Shown here: positions 13,010-26,300 of the stretch, one piece after another | How the letters are laid out: each line of letters starts with the position of its first letter | Position numbering within the stretch: position 1 is the stretch's first letter | Source of the DNA: Eledone cirrhosa | Lineage: Eukaryota | Direction: 5' to 3' | NCBI GenBank assembly: GCA_964016885.1 | Contig: OZ024741.1 | Location: 389,732,001 to 389,796,000 of the forward strand | DNA length: 64,000 nt | Made by a program: the position numbers and the translations under genes | Notes under the pieces: model-generated | What the model saw: the letters and a program-made list of their open reading frames with translations, nothing else | Told to the model about the DNA's origin: nothing | The model's database searches: none

Positions 13010-14665
13010 GCCCTTGTATCCAGCTATAAAAAAAATGGATTATTCATTGATTTGCACCAGGATTCAAGCCCCTGCTTTAGCTGATTTTCCTGAAACTCAC
13101 ACCTCACCCTCTGAGGCTAATGACAGATCAGTCTTCAACCTGGACTCATCTAGGCAGACTGTTCTCGATAGAGCAGAAGGCAAATCAAAACCTCTCCTAA
13201 AGTATAAACATCCCACTCGCTTTAGCACATTCAATGTCAATACCCTTGGTCCTCTTGGAAGACTTGATGAGCTAGTAATGAGTGCTAAATCCAATGCTAT
13301 TGACAACATTAGTCTTCAAGAGCATAGATATTTCCATCCAGATCTAGACCTAAAGTTTACAAAATCTGACAATCTCCAATAACGCCACCATTGGTGAAGT
13401 CAGTATGCTTCTCTCATCAAAGGCATGCAAGAACCTCAACATCGAAAAGATAGACGATAGAATAATGGTTGCCGAGTTCAATTCAAATCCCAAACTCACA
13501 TTTATATCTTGCTATAGCCCAACAAATAGCAGTGATGAAGAAACTGCCGCCAGTTTCTATTAGTCCCTGAAATCGGTCATTAAAAATGTCCCTGCCCCTA
13601 ATTTCCTAACTATTGCAGGCGACTTCAATGCCAAACTAGGCCCTGACAATGTAAAATTCACCTTCAACACCGAAACAAAGAGACATGGTGAAATGTTTCT
13701 CCAACTCCTTGATGGATTTGAACTCTTCTCGATTACAAATAGCTTCATGGAAAAACAATCCAAGCTCTGGTCATTCACCTACCCTAACTGTAGTGGAGCT
13801 CAGTTGGATTATATCCTATTTTGGAAAAAATGGCGAAACAGTGTACGCAACTCTGAAACCTATTCCTCCTTCTCCAATGTGGGGTCTGACCACAGGATTG
13901 TCTCTTCCAAAGTTACTCTTAGTCTTGGCGCTCCTAAGAAAGTCCAAATAAGGAGCTCTCCAGCCGGTACCCAATTAGTGTCTACAATAGGTTCTCTGAA
14001 CTATCCTGTACTGATGATTACATTGAGACTAAATACTCCAACCTAATTGTTGCATATGAGGAAGTTGCCCTCTCCAGGTTACCCAAAAAATCAAAAGGAA
14101 GCTCACGAAATTGAGCTCACATATCTTAGTATCCTCAGCGTGCAAAAAATTGCAAAGACTTTCTTCTCAGTACAACTCAAATCCAACTTGTTTACTGAAA
14201 AGTGAAATGACCCAATGCAAAAAAGACCTTGATGAGGCGGACACAACTGCTCTTGCAGAGTAGGTAGAAGGAAAAATAAACAAATTTAAAACCTTTCATG
14301 GAAACAGACAGCATGCAGCCGAAATAACTGGCAGAAAAGAGAAGCCTTCACCCATCATCAAAGGAGGCTGTCAAGTAGCTAGGAAAAAGAGCTGGACTGA
14401 CCACTTCAATGTTCTACTGGGCAAGCCATCCCCTGTAGAAGGTGATATTCTACCTGAACTCAACATCTCCACTGGACTTTTCACCTTGAGTGAGATCAAC
14501 CAGGTGATCAAAACACTTGAAAACAAAAAATCACCTGGTTTTGACAAAATACTCTGTATAATTTGGAAAGACCCAAACCTTACTTCTGCCCTATTATCAA
14601 TCTGCAACGACACTTTAAGCAACAAAACATATCTACCTAGTTGGTGTTGTTTAAACTCCAATGAA
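13010..14665 (+). mobile_element. Degenerate APE-endonuclease LINE (RTE-X/Proto2-like), 5' part
   Basis: STFNVNTL, LQEHR, SCYSPTN, GDFNAKLG, QLDYI, SDHRIV and KKSPGFDKI motifs, with stops and frameshifts. Confidence 0.8.
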
Positions 14666-15999
14666 AGAGTCTTGTATCTATGTTAGAAACTGACTCTTTC
14701 TATTGGTAAAAATTTATATTATAAAACCAAAAGAACATACATACATACATGCACGCACACACACACATGCACACATACATACATACATGTATACACACAT
14801 ACATACATAATTGTTATGAAGTGACTAATTTAAAAAACTTAAGACATTTAATTACTGATAATTGTTTCTTTCTATAAGAATGTATATTTAAGAGCAAATT
14901 ACAATCTGCTGTTAGTCTACAAACAATAGGAATCATCAGAGTTTATAAATTCATAAACAATCAATAAAATATATCTTGACAAAAAGAGGCATTTAAAGAG
15001 AATGGATAATATGTAGTGAGTTTAGTTGGTTTACAGAATATGGTGTCAAATATGTCTAAATGTTACAATGACTAAAGGTTAAAGTGAAATTATTTTTTGG
15101 AACAACAGCAACTTCTCAAATATGAATTTAAAGATATACAACTTAATCCATGCAATATTTATGCTGGGCAGAATCTCCATCCATGTAAACAGGATTCAAG
15201 GATAGTTGTTGCAGAATTATCACTATGTAACAAAACATATATATATAAGAGGTGAATGAATACAAAAATAAATTTAAAAAAGTTATTTAATTGAATACAT
15301 ATAAAAATGAGAAAACTAGATAGAACAGTTTTTAAAACAGCTAAATGCTGTCAAAGATAGTGATTAGCAAAAGTGCCTCAGTAAACAGAAATCAGCAGCC
15401 AGTGGTTAACACAGAGAGACAATCCACAAGGTGGGTGACAGGCAGATGAAATATAGAAAAGATTGAAAGAGGAGGACAAGAAGTCACACAAGTGACTGGA
15501 AAAATAAAATAAAGAAAGGGGATATACAAGACAAGTTTACACACACACACATCTTCACCCTCATCTGCTCTCGAACCAACAAAATGGTTTAACACGGTTT
15601 AATTGACAGTACCATTTCAAAAAGCTGGATTGTGTAACAGAAAAATAAATCTTTCTGCTTGTGTGATAAAACAAACAGCACAAAGATGGAAGAAAACAAA
15701 GAAAGACGGAAGAAAACAAATAAAATAAAATAATAGGATAGTGGACCTGAAGCTGTCCTAAACACTATAAAGGATGATACAATGAAAGATATATTCTTTT
15801 AATGTTACAATATTAAAGAAAATGTAAAGGAAGGGGTGAACAACGGAGCCAACACCAGAGCAAAAGACAGCAACGTCGCGAGTACTGGGCAACCTCTCTA
15901 ATGATTTTTGTCCTAAATAGAAAGCTAATCATAGCCATGATAAAGTTAAAACAAGGTTGTCTCTGATAGAGATGTCAAAATTATTATCCCTATCTCTAC

Positions 16000-16235
16000 G
16001 CATCTAGTACTCACCCTCAAACATTATAACTGATCTTCTTGCTGCTATCACTATAACAACTTCTTCCCTAGTTAGATATGAGTTTTTCATAGGGAAAGCG
16101 AGAGCTTTGTTAAGGAGAATAAGTGTTATAGACGAGTAATAGTCCTTGATATCAAATTGTATGAATTTAGATACACTCTTATCTTCTAAGTTAGTAAACC
16201 AGTCAATGACTTCACTAATGTTTCTGTCTTTCACA
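16000..16235 (-). mobile_element. Penelope-like element RT fragment
   Basis: VIDWFTNLEDKSVSKFIQFDIKDYYSSIT..LLNKAL resembles the PLE RT motif containing the first catalytic Asp. Confidence 0.6.
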
Positions 16236-16239
16236 TCTA

Positions 16240-16492
16240 GAATAAGGAGCAGATATTGCAATTGCCTGGGGTTCAAAGGCCCTCAACGCTTCAACATAGC
16301 TGCCAAGAAATTTGAGAGATCTGCATGCTGTGGGCGTGGATATTTTCAAGAAACATCTTGACATTCTGCTATCCAGGATCCCAGATGAACCCACAGCACG
16401 GAATGAAGGTAACAGAATTATAGAATGTGTAGCAACAAGGGCAGTGCCCTAGCCAGATGGCTGGAACAGGTAACAGAATAAAAGAGTAAAAA
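16240..16492 (+). mobile_element. CR1/L2-group LINE 3' end fragment
   Basis: GPQRFNI..LPRNLRDLH..VDIFKKHLDILLSRIPDEPT (frameshifted), followed by a short repeated tail. Confidence 0.6.
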
Positions 16493-16527
16493 AGTGTGTA
16501 TACATGTATATAAATTCGTAAATTCTC

Positions 16528-17325
16528 TCAGCATGTGCATGCTTAAATGTAATTCTCAGGGAGATTCAGCATGTGTATGCTTAAATGTAATACTCAGGGA
16601 GATTCAGCATGTTTATACTTAAATGTAATTCTCAGGGAGATTCAGTAAGACACTTTGTCTGACAAGGATGAATATTGCATATAGAGACATGAGTACCTTT
16701 AAATGTAATTCTCAGGAAGAATCAGCATGTGTACACTTAAATGTAATTCTCAGGGAGATTCAGCATGTGTACACTCAAATGTAATTCTCAGGGAGATTCA
16801 CAAAGACACAGTGTTTGACACGGCTGAATATTTCACACAAAGACATAACCAAAAGAGGACATGAATGAACACCAACACATCGACACACCTGTTGTACCAC
16901 ATAACATGTCCCTCATTAAACACTTGGGTGTGGTAGTACCTAGAACGAAAGAGGATAATAGGAAGGGCACAGGGACGATAACAATATATAGGGGTGGGGT
17001 ACTTATATATTTTTAAATATTAATTTACACTATTTGACAATAACTGTTATATTGACATATTGATTTATACATGTGTGTGTATACATATATATTTATACAC
17101 TGACAAATACATTTAAGCATACACATGAATCTCCCTGAGAATTACATTTAAGCGTACACATCCTGAATCTCCCTGAGAACTACATTTAATCATAGACATG
17201 CTGAATCTTCCTGAGAATTACATTTAAGCGTACACATGCTGAATCTCCCTGAGAATTACATTTATGCCTACATATGTTGAATCTCTCTAAGAATTACATT
17301 TAAGGGTACACATGCGGAATCTCCC
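16528..17325. repeat. Two oppositely oriented clusters of a 38-bp tandem repeat (16528-16810 +, 17108-17325 -)
   Basis: Unit AAATGTAATTCTCAGGGAGATTCAGCATGTGTAYRCTT, about 6 copies per arm. Confidence 0.9.
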
Positions 17326-17556
17326 ATCAACTGAAGATTAAATGGAATTTAGAATAATTAATTTCTATATTACATAACAGAGTTTTGTAGCTTGCTTGAA
17401 ACATTGTTTAATAGGAAACACATTTGATGACCAAAACAATGCGTATGAAGAATGTTAAATTACCAAGATTACAAAAGAATCTTACCTTAGCAAATTTAAC
17501 AATCCCAAATATTAAAAATCCATTACCAAGTTAATAATATCATTATTAAGTTAACT

Positions 17557-17750
17557 AGGGCGGTGGATTGGCAGTATCAGTAGAGTCGGACGCCATGCTT
17601 TGACGCAAAGAGTTACGGTCCTTTATGGTCTGAGTTCAAATCCCGCCGAGGTTAACTTTGCCTTTCATCCTTACGGGGTCGATGAAATACAGTACCAGTA
17701 ATGCACTGGGATAATTGCTGGCCTTGTGCCAAAAGTAGAAATAATTATTA
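17557..17750 (+). mobile_element. Full-length tRNA-derived SINE
   Basis: A-box-like TGGCAGTATCAG, B-box GAGTTCAAATCC, AATTATTA tail; AAGTTAACT on both flanks is a probable TSD. Confidence 0.9.
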
Positions 17751-17949
17751 AGTTAACTTAAATCTGCTTCTATACAGGCAAGTCTATCCGATCGATTTTT
17801 AAGTCTCTCATAAGGTTACCCCCTTGATAATGGATTTTTAAATTTGCTAAAGTAAGATTATTTTGTTATATTAGCAATTTAACATTCTCCCTACGCATTG
17901 TTTTGGTCTTCAAATTTAAACTTGTGTTTCTATATTTCATATTTTGCTT

Positions 17950-18006
17950 TCTTCTCATATATAAGGATTACTTTCATTCCTGGGCTACGCCGGGTACCTC
18001 TGCTAG
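17950..18006 (+). mobile_element. Helitron 3' terminus
   Basis: CCTGGGCTACGCCGGG hairpin followed by TACCTCTGCTAG|T; homologous to the minus-strand end at 51309-51336. Confidence 0.6.
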
Positions 18007-18020
18007 TATATATATATATA

Positions 18021-18130
18021 TAGGAAAAAGTATGATCCCGACGGCAGAGCTCAAGCCGTTTCGACGGCTAAATCCAGAAATAGCCGTCGTAACGGCTTGA
18101 GCACTGCCGTCGGGGGTCATACTTTTTCTT
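18021..18130. repeat. ~50-bp-arm inverted repeat (possible Crypton-like or MITE terminus)
   Basis: AGGAAAAAGTATGATCCCGACGGCAGAGCTCAAGCCGTTTCGACGGCTA pairs with TAGCCGTCGTAACGGCTTGAGCACTGCCGTCGGGGGTCATACTTTTTCTT. Confidence 0.8.
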
Positions 18131-20009
18131 ATTTCCTACTCTACTACCCTAAGTATTGAGTACTCTGGTGCGTTATGGTCCATCTGGTTCCTTACCACAA
18201 TTCCTTTGTTATATATATATATATATATATAATATATATATATACACACACATTCACACGTATATGCAGAAATGTCATCTTTGTAATTAACCAGTGTAAT
18301 TTATTTTATTTCCTTTTTCGCCGAATTTTGATTTCGTTTTATTTTACATTTTACATATACCTTTTGGAAGACGCCCGCCATTTTCGTTTCTTCGTTGTCA
18401 AGCCTTTCATTCATGATACTACATGTTATCAGATTACACCGGGAATGAATTTTTTTTTATCATAAACAGACAAGTTTAATTTGAATAAGGCACATGACGT
18501 ATAATTAAAAGTAAGTAAATGTTTTTTACTTTTCATTTAAAACAAATAAATCTAATACAGCTACGTCTGTTTCAAAATATTTACCATTCTTTTAAATGTA
18601 AACATGAAAGCGAGCGTACAGTGATATATAACAAGTCCATACAGGATTGTGTATTTTGCAACAAAACACTTCCATTCATTAGTCTTGGTTACGAGAATAA
18701 GCATTGTTTTAAATAATCTTTTAGTACAAAATTCTGTTACAGTTAGTGACAAAAGATTCAACAGCTGTCAACGACTTAATTCTGAAAAAATTGAAGCACA
18801 ACAAATCACTCGTCTTTTTTTGTTGTTTTGTTTTCTTATTCTGTACGGTTCCTTTTCAATGGAGATGGCTTGCTTTCGTTCTGGATAACACCTCTGCATG
18901 ACGAGTGTTCGCTTTCGCTTCAGATGATTCGCCTTTGTTTTTCATTTCTCCCTGCCTTTGTGTTTCGCTTCCATCTCCGGAGGTGTTTTTCTTCAGACTG
19001 GTTGGCTTTTTCTCAGGAGTGGTTGTCGTTTCCCGACTTGCTTAGGTTTCACCAGACACATCTTTATCTCAACAGGGTCGTATTGTTCATAAGGCTGACT
19101 TGGCTAAAGCCTAGGTGTCCGCACTAACTAGGGATCAGTTGTTGTTGTTATTTTCTTTTTTATTCTACTGTAGTAGGTTGAAAGATTGAAGCACCACAGA
19201 GGACCCAAAATACTTGAAAGCCAAAGGACTCGGCTACGGGTTAACACAGTTCAGCATAAAGGCTATTTCGTCTTGATCCAAGATGGTCCTTTGTTACGAG
19301 TGAATCTCTTTCACCTGATAATTATTCATCTTGGATGATTCGTTTACATCCAGAGAATTTACCATATTCTTTTCAATTTGCTCTCTTGCACACGTATTAA
19401 GGAATGCTCCTTCTCTTTCATAACGGTTATTTTCCTTTTAGACCCACCGCCTCTCCAGGAGGATTCTTTTTCACGATAGATTATCTTTTATGGTTATCAC
19501 TCAGTCATTTGCCTTTATGGTTGGTGTTAGTCCTGATTGAGCAGACAGCGTGTGGCTTGCGGTTATGGTATTGGACCACGGTCAAATGTTGTGGATTTGA
19601 TTATTGTGATGATACCGGGGCCCCTATCATTAAACAGCAGTGACATCTATGATATACAGCCGCGTAGAAAACCAGCTAAACATGCGTAGGTGTGAGGTGT
19701 AAATTCTATTTTTCGTTTCTGTGATAATTACATCACAGGAGTACTCGAGGACTCAGCCCCCACTACTTTCCTAGGAATAAGTGGGCAAAGAGGAAGGCAA
19801 GAGTAAATAGGTTCAAAATTCCAGGCTGTTGTGAGTATTGTAGTTCTCCAACTCACCCTGAAATTGACTTGTCATTTAAGGTAGTTCTGCCCACGTGCAA
19901 GCGTTCAGTCAAAACATATATGCAATACCATAACAACGTTACTATATTAATGATATCATAGATGTAGTAGATACAGTGTGCAGATGGTAACCAGATATAT
20001 TTGCACATT

Positions 20010-20232
20010 AACAATGGTTTCTGATTTAGGAACAAGGCCAACAATTTTTATTTGTTGGGGAAAGCCGATTAAATTGACTCCCAGTGCGTTACTAGTACTT
20101 TATTTTATCGGCCCCGTAAGGATGAAAGACAAAGCTCACCACGACGGGATTTGAACTCAGTACGTAAAGGGCCGTAACTAAATGCTGCTAAACATGTTGT
20201 CCGACGTGCTACCGATTACAGCCAATTCACCC
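20010..20232 (-). mobile_element. tRNA-derived SINE (diverged subfamily)
   Basis: GGGATTTGAACTCAG and CCCCGTAAGGATGAAAG core motifs. Confidence 0.8.
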
Positions 20233-20314
20233 TCATTTGCACTTTAATAATAAACAACATTACTCCAGCTCCGAAAAATAAATCAGATAAGTTATATCTT
20301 TGTGGCCTCTGAAT

Positions 20315-23300
20315 TCATCATCATCATCACAGTTTAATGTCCATTTTTATACGCTAGCATGGGTTAGACGAGTTGTCCTGTTATGAGATAAGTCATATCA
20401 GTTGACCGTGTCTTGCTCGTACAGAACTGATTTTGGCTTTGTTTCTAATGCCCTTCCTAACGCCAAATACATTTACAGTGTGGGCTGGGTGCTTTGTGTC
20501 GTGACACCTACACCACCACTTTACAGTGTGGGCTGGGTGCTTTGTGTCGTGACACCTACACCACCACTTTACAGTGTGGACTGGGTGCTTTGTGTCGTGA
20601 CACCTACACCACCACTTTACAGTGTGGGCTGGGTGCTTTGTGTCGTGAAACCTACACCACCACTTTACAGTGTGGACTCGGTGCTTTGTGTCGTGACACC
20701 TACACCACCACTTTACAGTGTGGACTCGGTGCTTTTAGTCGTGACACCTACACCACCACTTTACAGTGTGGACTCGGTGCTTTGTGTCGTGACACCTACA
20801 CCACCACTTTACAGTGTGGACTGGGTGCTTTTAGTCGTGACACCTACACCACCGCTTTACAGTGTGGACTGGGTGCTTTTAGTCGTGACACCTACACCAC
20901 CACTTTACAGTGTGGACTGGGTGCTTTTAGTCGTGACACCTACACGACCACTTTACAGTGTGGACTGGGTGCTTTGTGTCGTGACACCTACACCACCACT
21001 TTACAGTGTGGGCTCGGTGCTTTGTGTCGTGACACCTACACCACCACTTTACAGTGTGGGCTCGGTGCTTTGTGTCGTGACACCTACACCACCACTTTAC
21101 AGTGTGGACTCGGTGCTTTGTGTCGTGACACCTACACCACCACTTTACAGTGTGGACTCGGTGCTTTGTGTCGTGACACCTACACCACCACTTTACAGTG
21201 TGGGCTGGGTGCTTTGTGTCGTGACACCTACACCACCACTTTACAGTGTGGACTCGGTGCTTTGTGTCGTGACACCTACACCACCACTTTACAGTGTGGA
21301 CTCGGTGCTTTGTGTCGTGACACCTACACCACCACTTTACAGTGTGGACTGGGTGCTTTTAGTCGTGACACCTACACGACCACTTTACAGTGTGGACTCA
21401 GTGCTTTGTGTCGTGACACCTACACCACCACTTTACAGTGTGGACTGAGTGCTTTTAGTCGTGACACCTACACCACCACATTACAGTGGGGACTCGGTGC
21501 TTTGTGTTGTGACACCTACACCACCACTTTACAGTGTGGGCTCGGTGCTTTGTGTCGTGACACCTACACCACCACTTTACAGTGTGGACTGGGTGCTTTG
21601 TGTCGTGCCACCTACACCACCACTTTACAGTGTGGACTCGGTGCTTTGTGTCGTGACACCTACACGACCACTCTACAGTGTGGACTGGGTGCTTTTAGTC
21701 GTGACACCTACACCACCACTTTACAGTGTGGACTCGGTGCTTTTAGTCGTGACACCTACACCACCACTTTACAGTGTGGGCTCGGTGCTTTGTGTTGTGA
21801 CACCTACACCACCACTTTACAGTGTGGACTCGGTGCTTTGTGTCGTGACAACTACACCACCACTTTACAGTGTGGACTGGGTGCTTTGTGTCGTGACACC
21901 TACACCACCACTTTACAGTGTGGACTCGGTGCTTTGTGTCGTGACACCTACACCACCACTTTACAGTGTGGACTGGGTGCTTTGTGTCGTGCCACCTACA
22001 CCACCACTTTACAGTGTGGACTCGGTGCTTTGTGTCGTGACACCTACACCACCACTTTACAGTGTGGACTCGTTGCTTTTAGTCGTGACACCTACACCAC
22101 CACTTTACAGTGTGGACTGGGTGCTTTTAGTCGTGACACCTACACCACCACTTTACAGTGTGGGCTCGGTGCTTTTAGTCGTGACACCTACACCACCACT
22201 TTACAGTGTGGACTCGGTGCTTTTAGTCGTGACACCTCCACCACCACTTTACAGTGTGGACTGGGTGCTTTTAGTCGTGACACCTACACCACCACTTTAC
22301 AGTGTGGGCTCGGTGCTTTGTGTCGTGACACCTACACCACCACTTTACAGTGTGGACTCGGTGCTTTGTGTCATGACACCTACACCACCACTTTACAGTG
22401 TGGACTCGGTGCTTTGTGTCGTGACACCTACACCACCACTTTACAGTGTGGGCTGGGTGCTTTTTGTTGTGACACCTACACCACCACTTTACAGTGTGGA
22501 CTGGGTGATTTGTGTCGTGACACCTACACCACCACTTTACAGTGTGGACTCGGTGCTTTGTGTCGTGACACCTACACCACCACTTTACAGTGTGGGCTCG
22601 GTGCTTTGTGTCGTGACACCTACACCACCACTTTACAGTTTGGACTCGGTGCTTTGTGTCGTGACACCTACACCACCACTTTACAGTGTGGGCTCGGTGC
22701 TTTTACTCGTGACACCTACACGACCACTTTACAGTGTGGACTGGGTGCTTTGTGTCGTGACACCTACACCACCACTTTACAGTGTGGGCTTGGTGCTTTG
22801 TGTCGTGACACCTACACCACCACTTTACAGTGTGGACTGGGTGCTTTGTGTCGTGACACCTACACCACCACTTTACAGTGTGGACTCGGTGCTTTTAGTC
22901 GTGACACCTACACCACCACTTTACAGTGTGGACTCGGTGCTTTGTGGCGTGACACCTACACCACCACTTTACAGTGTGGATTGGGTGCTTTTAGTCGTGA
23001 CACCTACACCACCACTTTACAGTGTGGGCTCGGTGCTTTTAGTCGTGACACCTACACCACCACTTTACAGTGTGGGCTCGCTGCTTTGTGTCGTGACACC
23101 TACACCACCACTTTACAGTGTGGACTCGGTGCTTTGTGTCGTGACACCTACACCACCACTTTACAGTGTGGACTCGGTGCTTTGTGTCGTGACACCTACA
23201 CCACCACTTTACAGTGTGGACTCGGTGCTTTGTGTCGTGACACCTACACCACCACTTTACAGTGTGGACTCGGTGCTTTTAGTCGTGACACCTACACCAC

Positions 23301-26300
23301 CACTTTACAGTGTGGATTCGGTGCTTTGTGTCGTGACACCTACACCACCACGTTACAGTGTGGACTGGGTGCTTTTAGTCGTGACACCTACACCACCACT
23401 TTACAGTTTGGACTCGGTGCTTTGTGTCGTGACACCTACACCACCACTTTATAGTGTGGACTCGGTGCTTTGTGTCGTGACACCTACACCACCACTTTAC
23501 AGTGTGGACTGGGTGCTTTTAGTTGTGACACCTACACCACCACTTTACAGTGTGGGCTGGGTGCTTTGTGTCGTGACACCTACACCACCACTTTACAGTG
23601 TGGACTGGGTGCTTTGTGTCGTGACACCTACACCACTACTTTACAGTGTGGGCTGGGTGCTTTGTGTTGTGACACCTACACCACCACTTTACAGTGTGGG
23701 CTCGGTGCTTTGTGTCGTGACACCTACACCACCACTTTACAGTGTGGGCTCGGTGCTTTTACTCGTGACACCTACACGACCATTTTACAGTGTGGACTGG
23801 GTGCTTTGTGTCATGACACCTACACCACCACTTTACAGTGTGGACTCAGTGCTTTGTGTCGTGACACCTACACCACCACTTTACAGTGTGGACTGGGTGC
23901 TTTGTGTCGTGACACCTACACCACCACTTTACAGTGTGGACTCGGTGCTTTGTGTCGTGACACCTACACGACCACTTTACAGTGTGGACTGGGTGCTTTT
24001 AGTCGTGACACCTACACCACCACTTTACAGTGTGGACTCGGTGCTTTGTGTCGTGACACCTACACCACCACTTTACAGTGTGGGCTGGGTGCTTTATGTC
24101 GTGACACCTACACCACCACTTTACAGTGTGGACTCGGTGCTTTGTGTCGTGACACCTACACCACCACTTTACAGTGTGGACTCGGTGCTTTGTGTCGTGA
24201 CACCTACACCACCACTTTACAGTGTGGACTCGGTGCTTTGTGTCGTGACACCTACACCACCACTTTACAGTGTGGGCTCGGTGCTTTGTGTCGTGACACC
24301 TACACGACCACTTTACAGTGTGGACTGGGTGCTTTGTGTCGTGACACCTACACGACCACTTTACAGTGTGGACTCAGTGCTTTGTGTCGTGACACCTACA
24401 CCACCACTTTACAGTGTGGACTCAGTGCTTTGTGTCGTGACACCTACACCACCACTTTACAGTGTGGACTGGGTGCTTTGTGTCGTGACACCTACACCAC
24501 CACTTTACAGTGTGGACTCGGTGCTTTGTGTCGTGACACCTACACCACCACTTTACAGTGTGGACTCGGTGCTTTGTGTCATGACACCTACACGACCACT
24601 TTACAGTGAGTATTGGGTGCTTTGTGTCGTGACACCTACACGACCACTTTACAGTGAGTACTGGGTGCTTTGTGTCGTGACACCTACACCACCACTTTAC
24701 AGTGTGGACTCGGTGCTTTTAGTCGTGACACCTACACCACCACTTTACAGTGTGGACTGGGTGTTTTAGTCGTGACACCTACACCACCACTTTACAGTGT
24801 GTGCTCGGTGCTTTGTGTCGTGACACCTACACCACCACTTTACAGTGTGGACTCGGTGCTTTGTGTCATGACACCTACACCACCACTTTACAGTGTGGAC
24901 TCGGTGCTTTGTGTCGTGACACCTACACCACCACTTTACAGTGTGGGCTGGGTGCTTTTTGTTGTGACACCTACACCACCACTTTACAGTGTGGACTGGG
25001 TGATTTGTGTCGTGACACCTACACCACCACTTTACAGTGTGGACTGGGTGCTTTGTGTCGTGACACCTACACCACCACTTTACAGTGTGGACTGGGTGCT
25101 TTTAGTCGTGACACCTACACGACCACTTTACAGTGTGGACTCAGTGCTTTGTGTCGTGACACCTACACCACCACTTTACAGTGTGGACTGAGTGCTTTTA
25201 GTCGTGACACCTACACCACCACATTACAGTGGGGACTCGGTGCTTTGTGTCGTGACACCTACACCACCACTTTACAGTGTGGACTCGGTGCTTTGTGTCG
25301 TGACACCTACACCACCACTTTACAGTGTGGGCTCGGTGCTTTGTGTCGTGACACCTACACCACCACTTTACAGTGTGGACTGGGTGCTTTGTGTCGTGCC
25401 ACCTACACCACCACTTTACAGTGTGGACTCGGTGCTTTGTGTCGTGACACCTACACGACCACTCTACAGTGTGGACTGGGTGCTTTTAGTCGTGACACCT
25501 ACACCACCACTTTACAGTGTGGACTCGGTGCTTTTAGTCGTGACACCTACACCACCACTTTACAGTGTGGGCTCGGTGCTTTGTGTTGTGACACCTACAC
25601 CACCACTTTACAGTGTGGACTCGGTGCTTTGTGTCGTGACAACTACACCACCACTTTACAGTGTGGACTGGGTGCTTTGTGTCGTGACACCTACACCACC
25701 ACTTTACAGTGTGGACTCGGTGCTTTGTGTCGTGACACCTACACCACCACTTTACAGTGTGGACTGGGTGCTTTGTGTCGTGCCACCTACACCACCACTT
25801 TACAGTGTGGACTCGGTGCTTTGTGTCGTGACACCTACACCACCACTTTACAGTGTGGACTCGTTGCTTTTAGTCGTGACACCTACACCACCACTTTACA
25901 GTGTGGACTGGGTGCTTTTAGTCGTGACACCTACACCACCACTTTACAGTGTGGGCTCGGTGCTTTTAGTCGTGACACCTACACCACCACTTTACAGTGT
26001 GGACTCGGTGCTTTTAGTCGTGACACCTCCACCACCACTTTACAGTGTGGACTGGGTGCTTTTAGTCGTGACACCTACACCACCACTTTACAGTGTGGGC
26101 TGGGTGCTTTTTGTTGTGACACCTACACCACCACTTTACAGTGTGGACTGGGTGATTTGTGTCGTGACACCTACACCACCACTTTACAGTGTGGACTCGG
26201 TGCTTTGTGTCGTGACACCTACACCACCACTTTACAGTGTGGGCTCGGTGCTTTGTGTCGTGACACCTACACCACCACTTTACAGTTTGGACTCGGTGCT

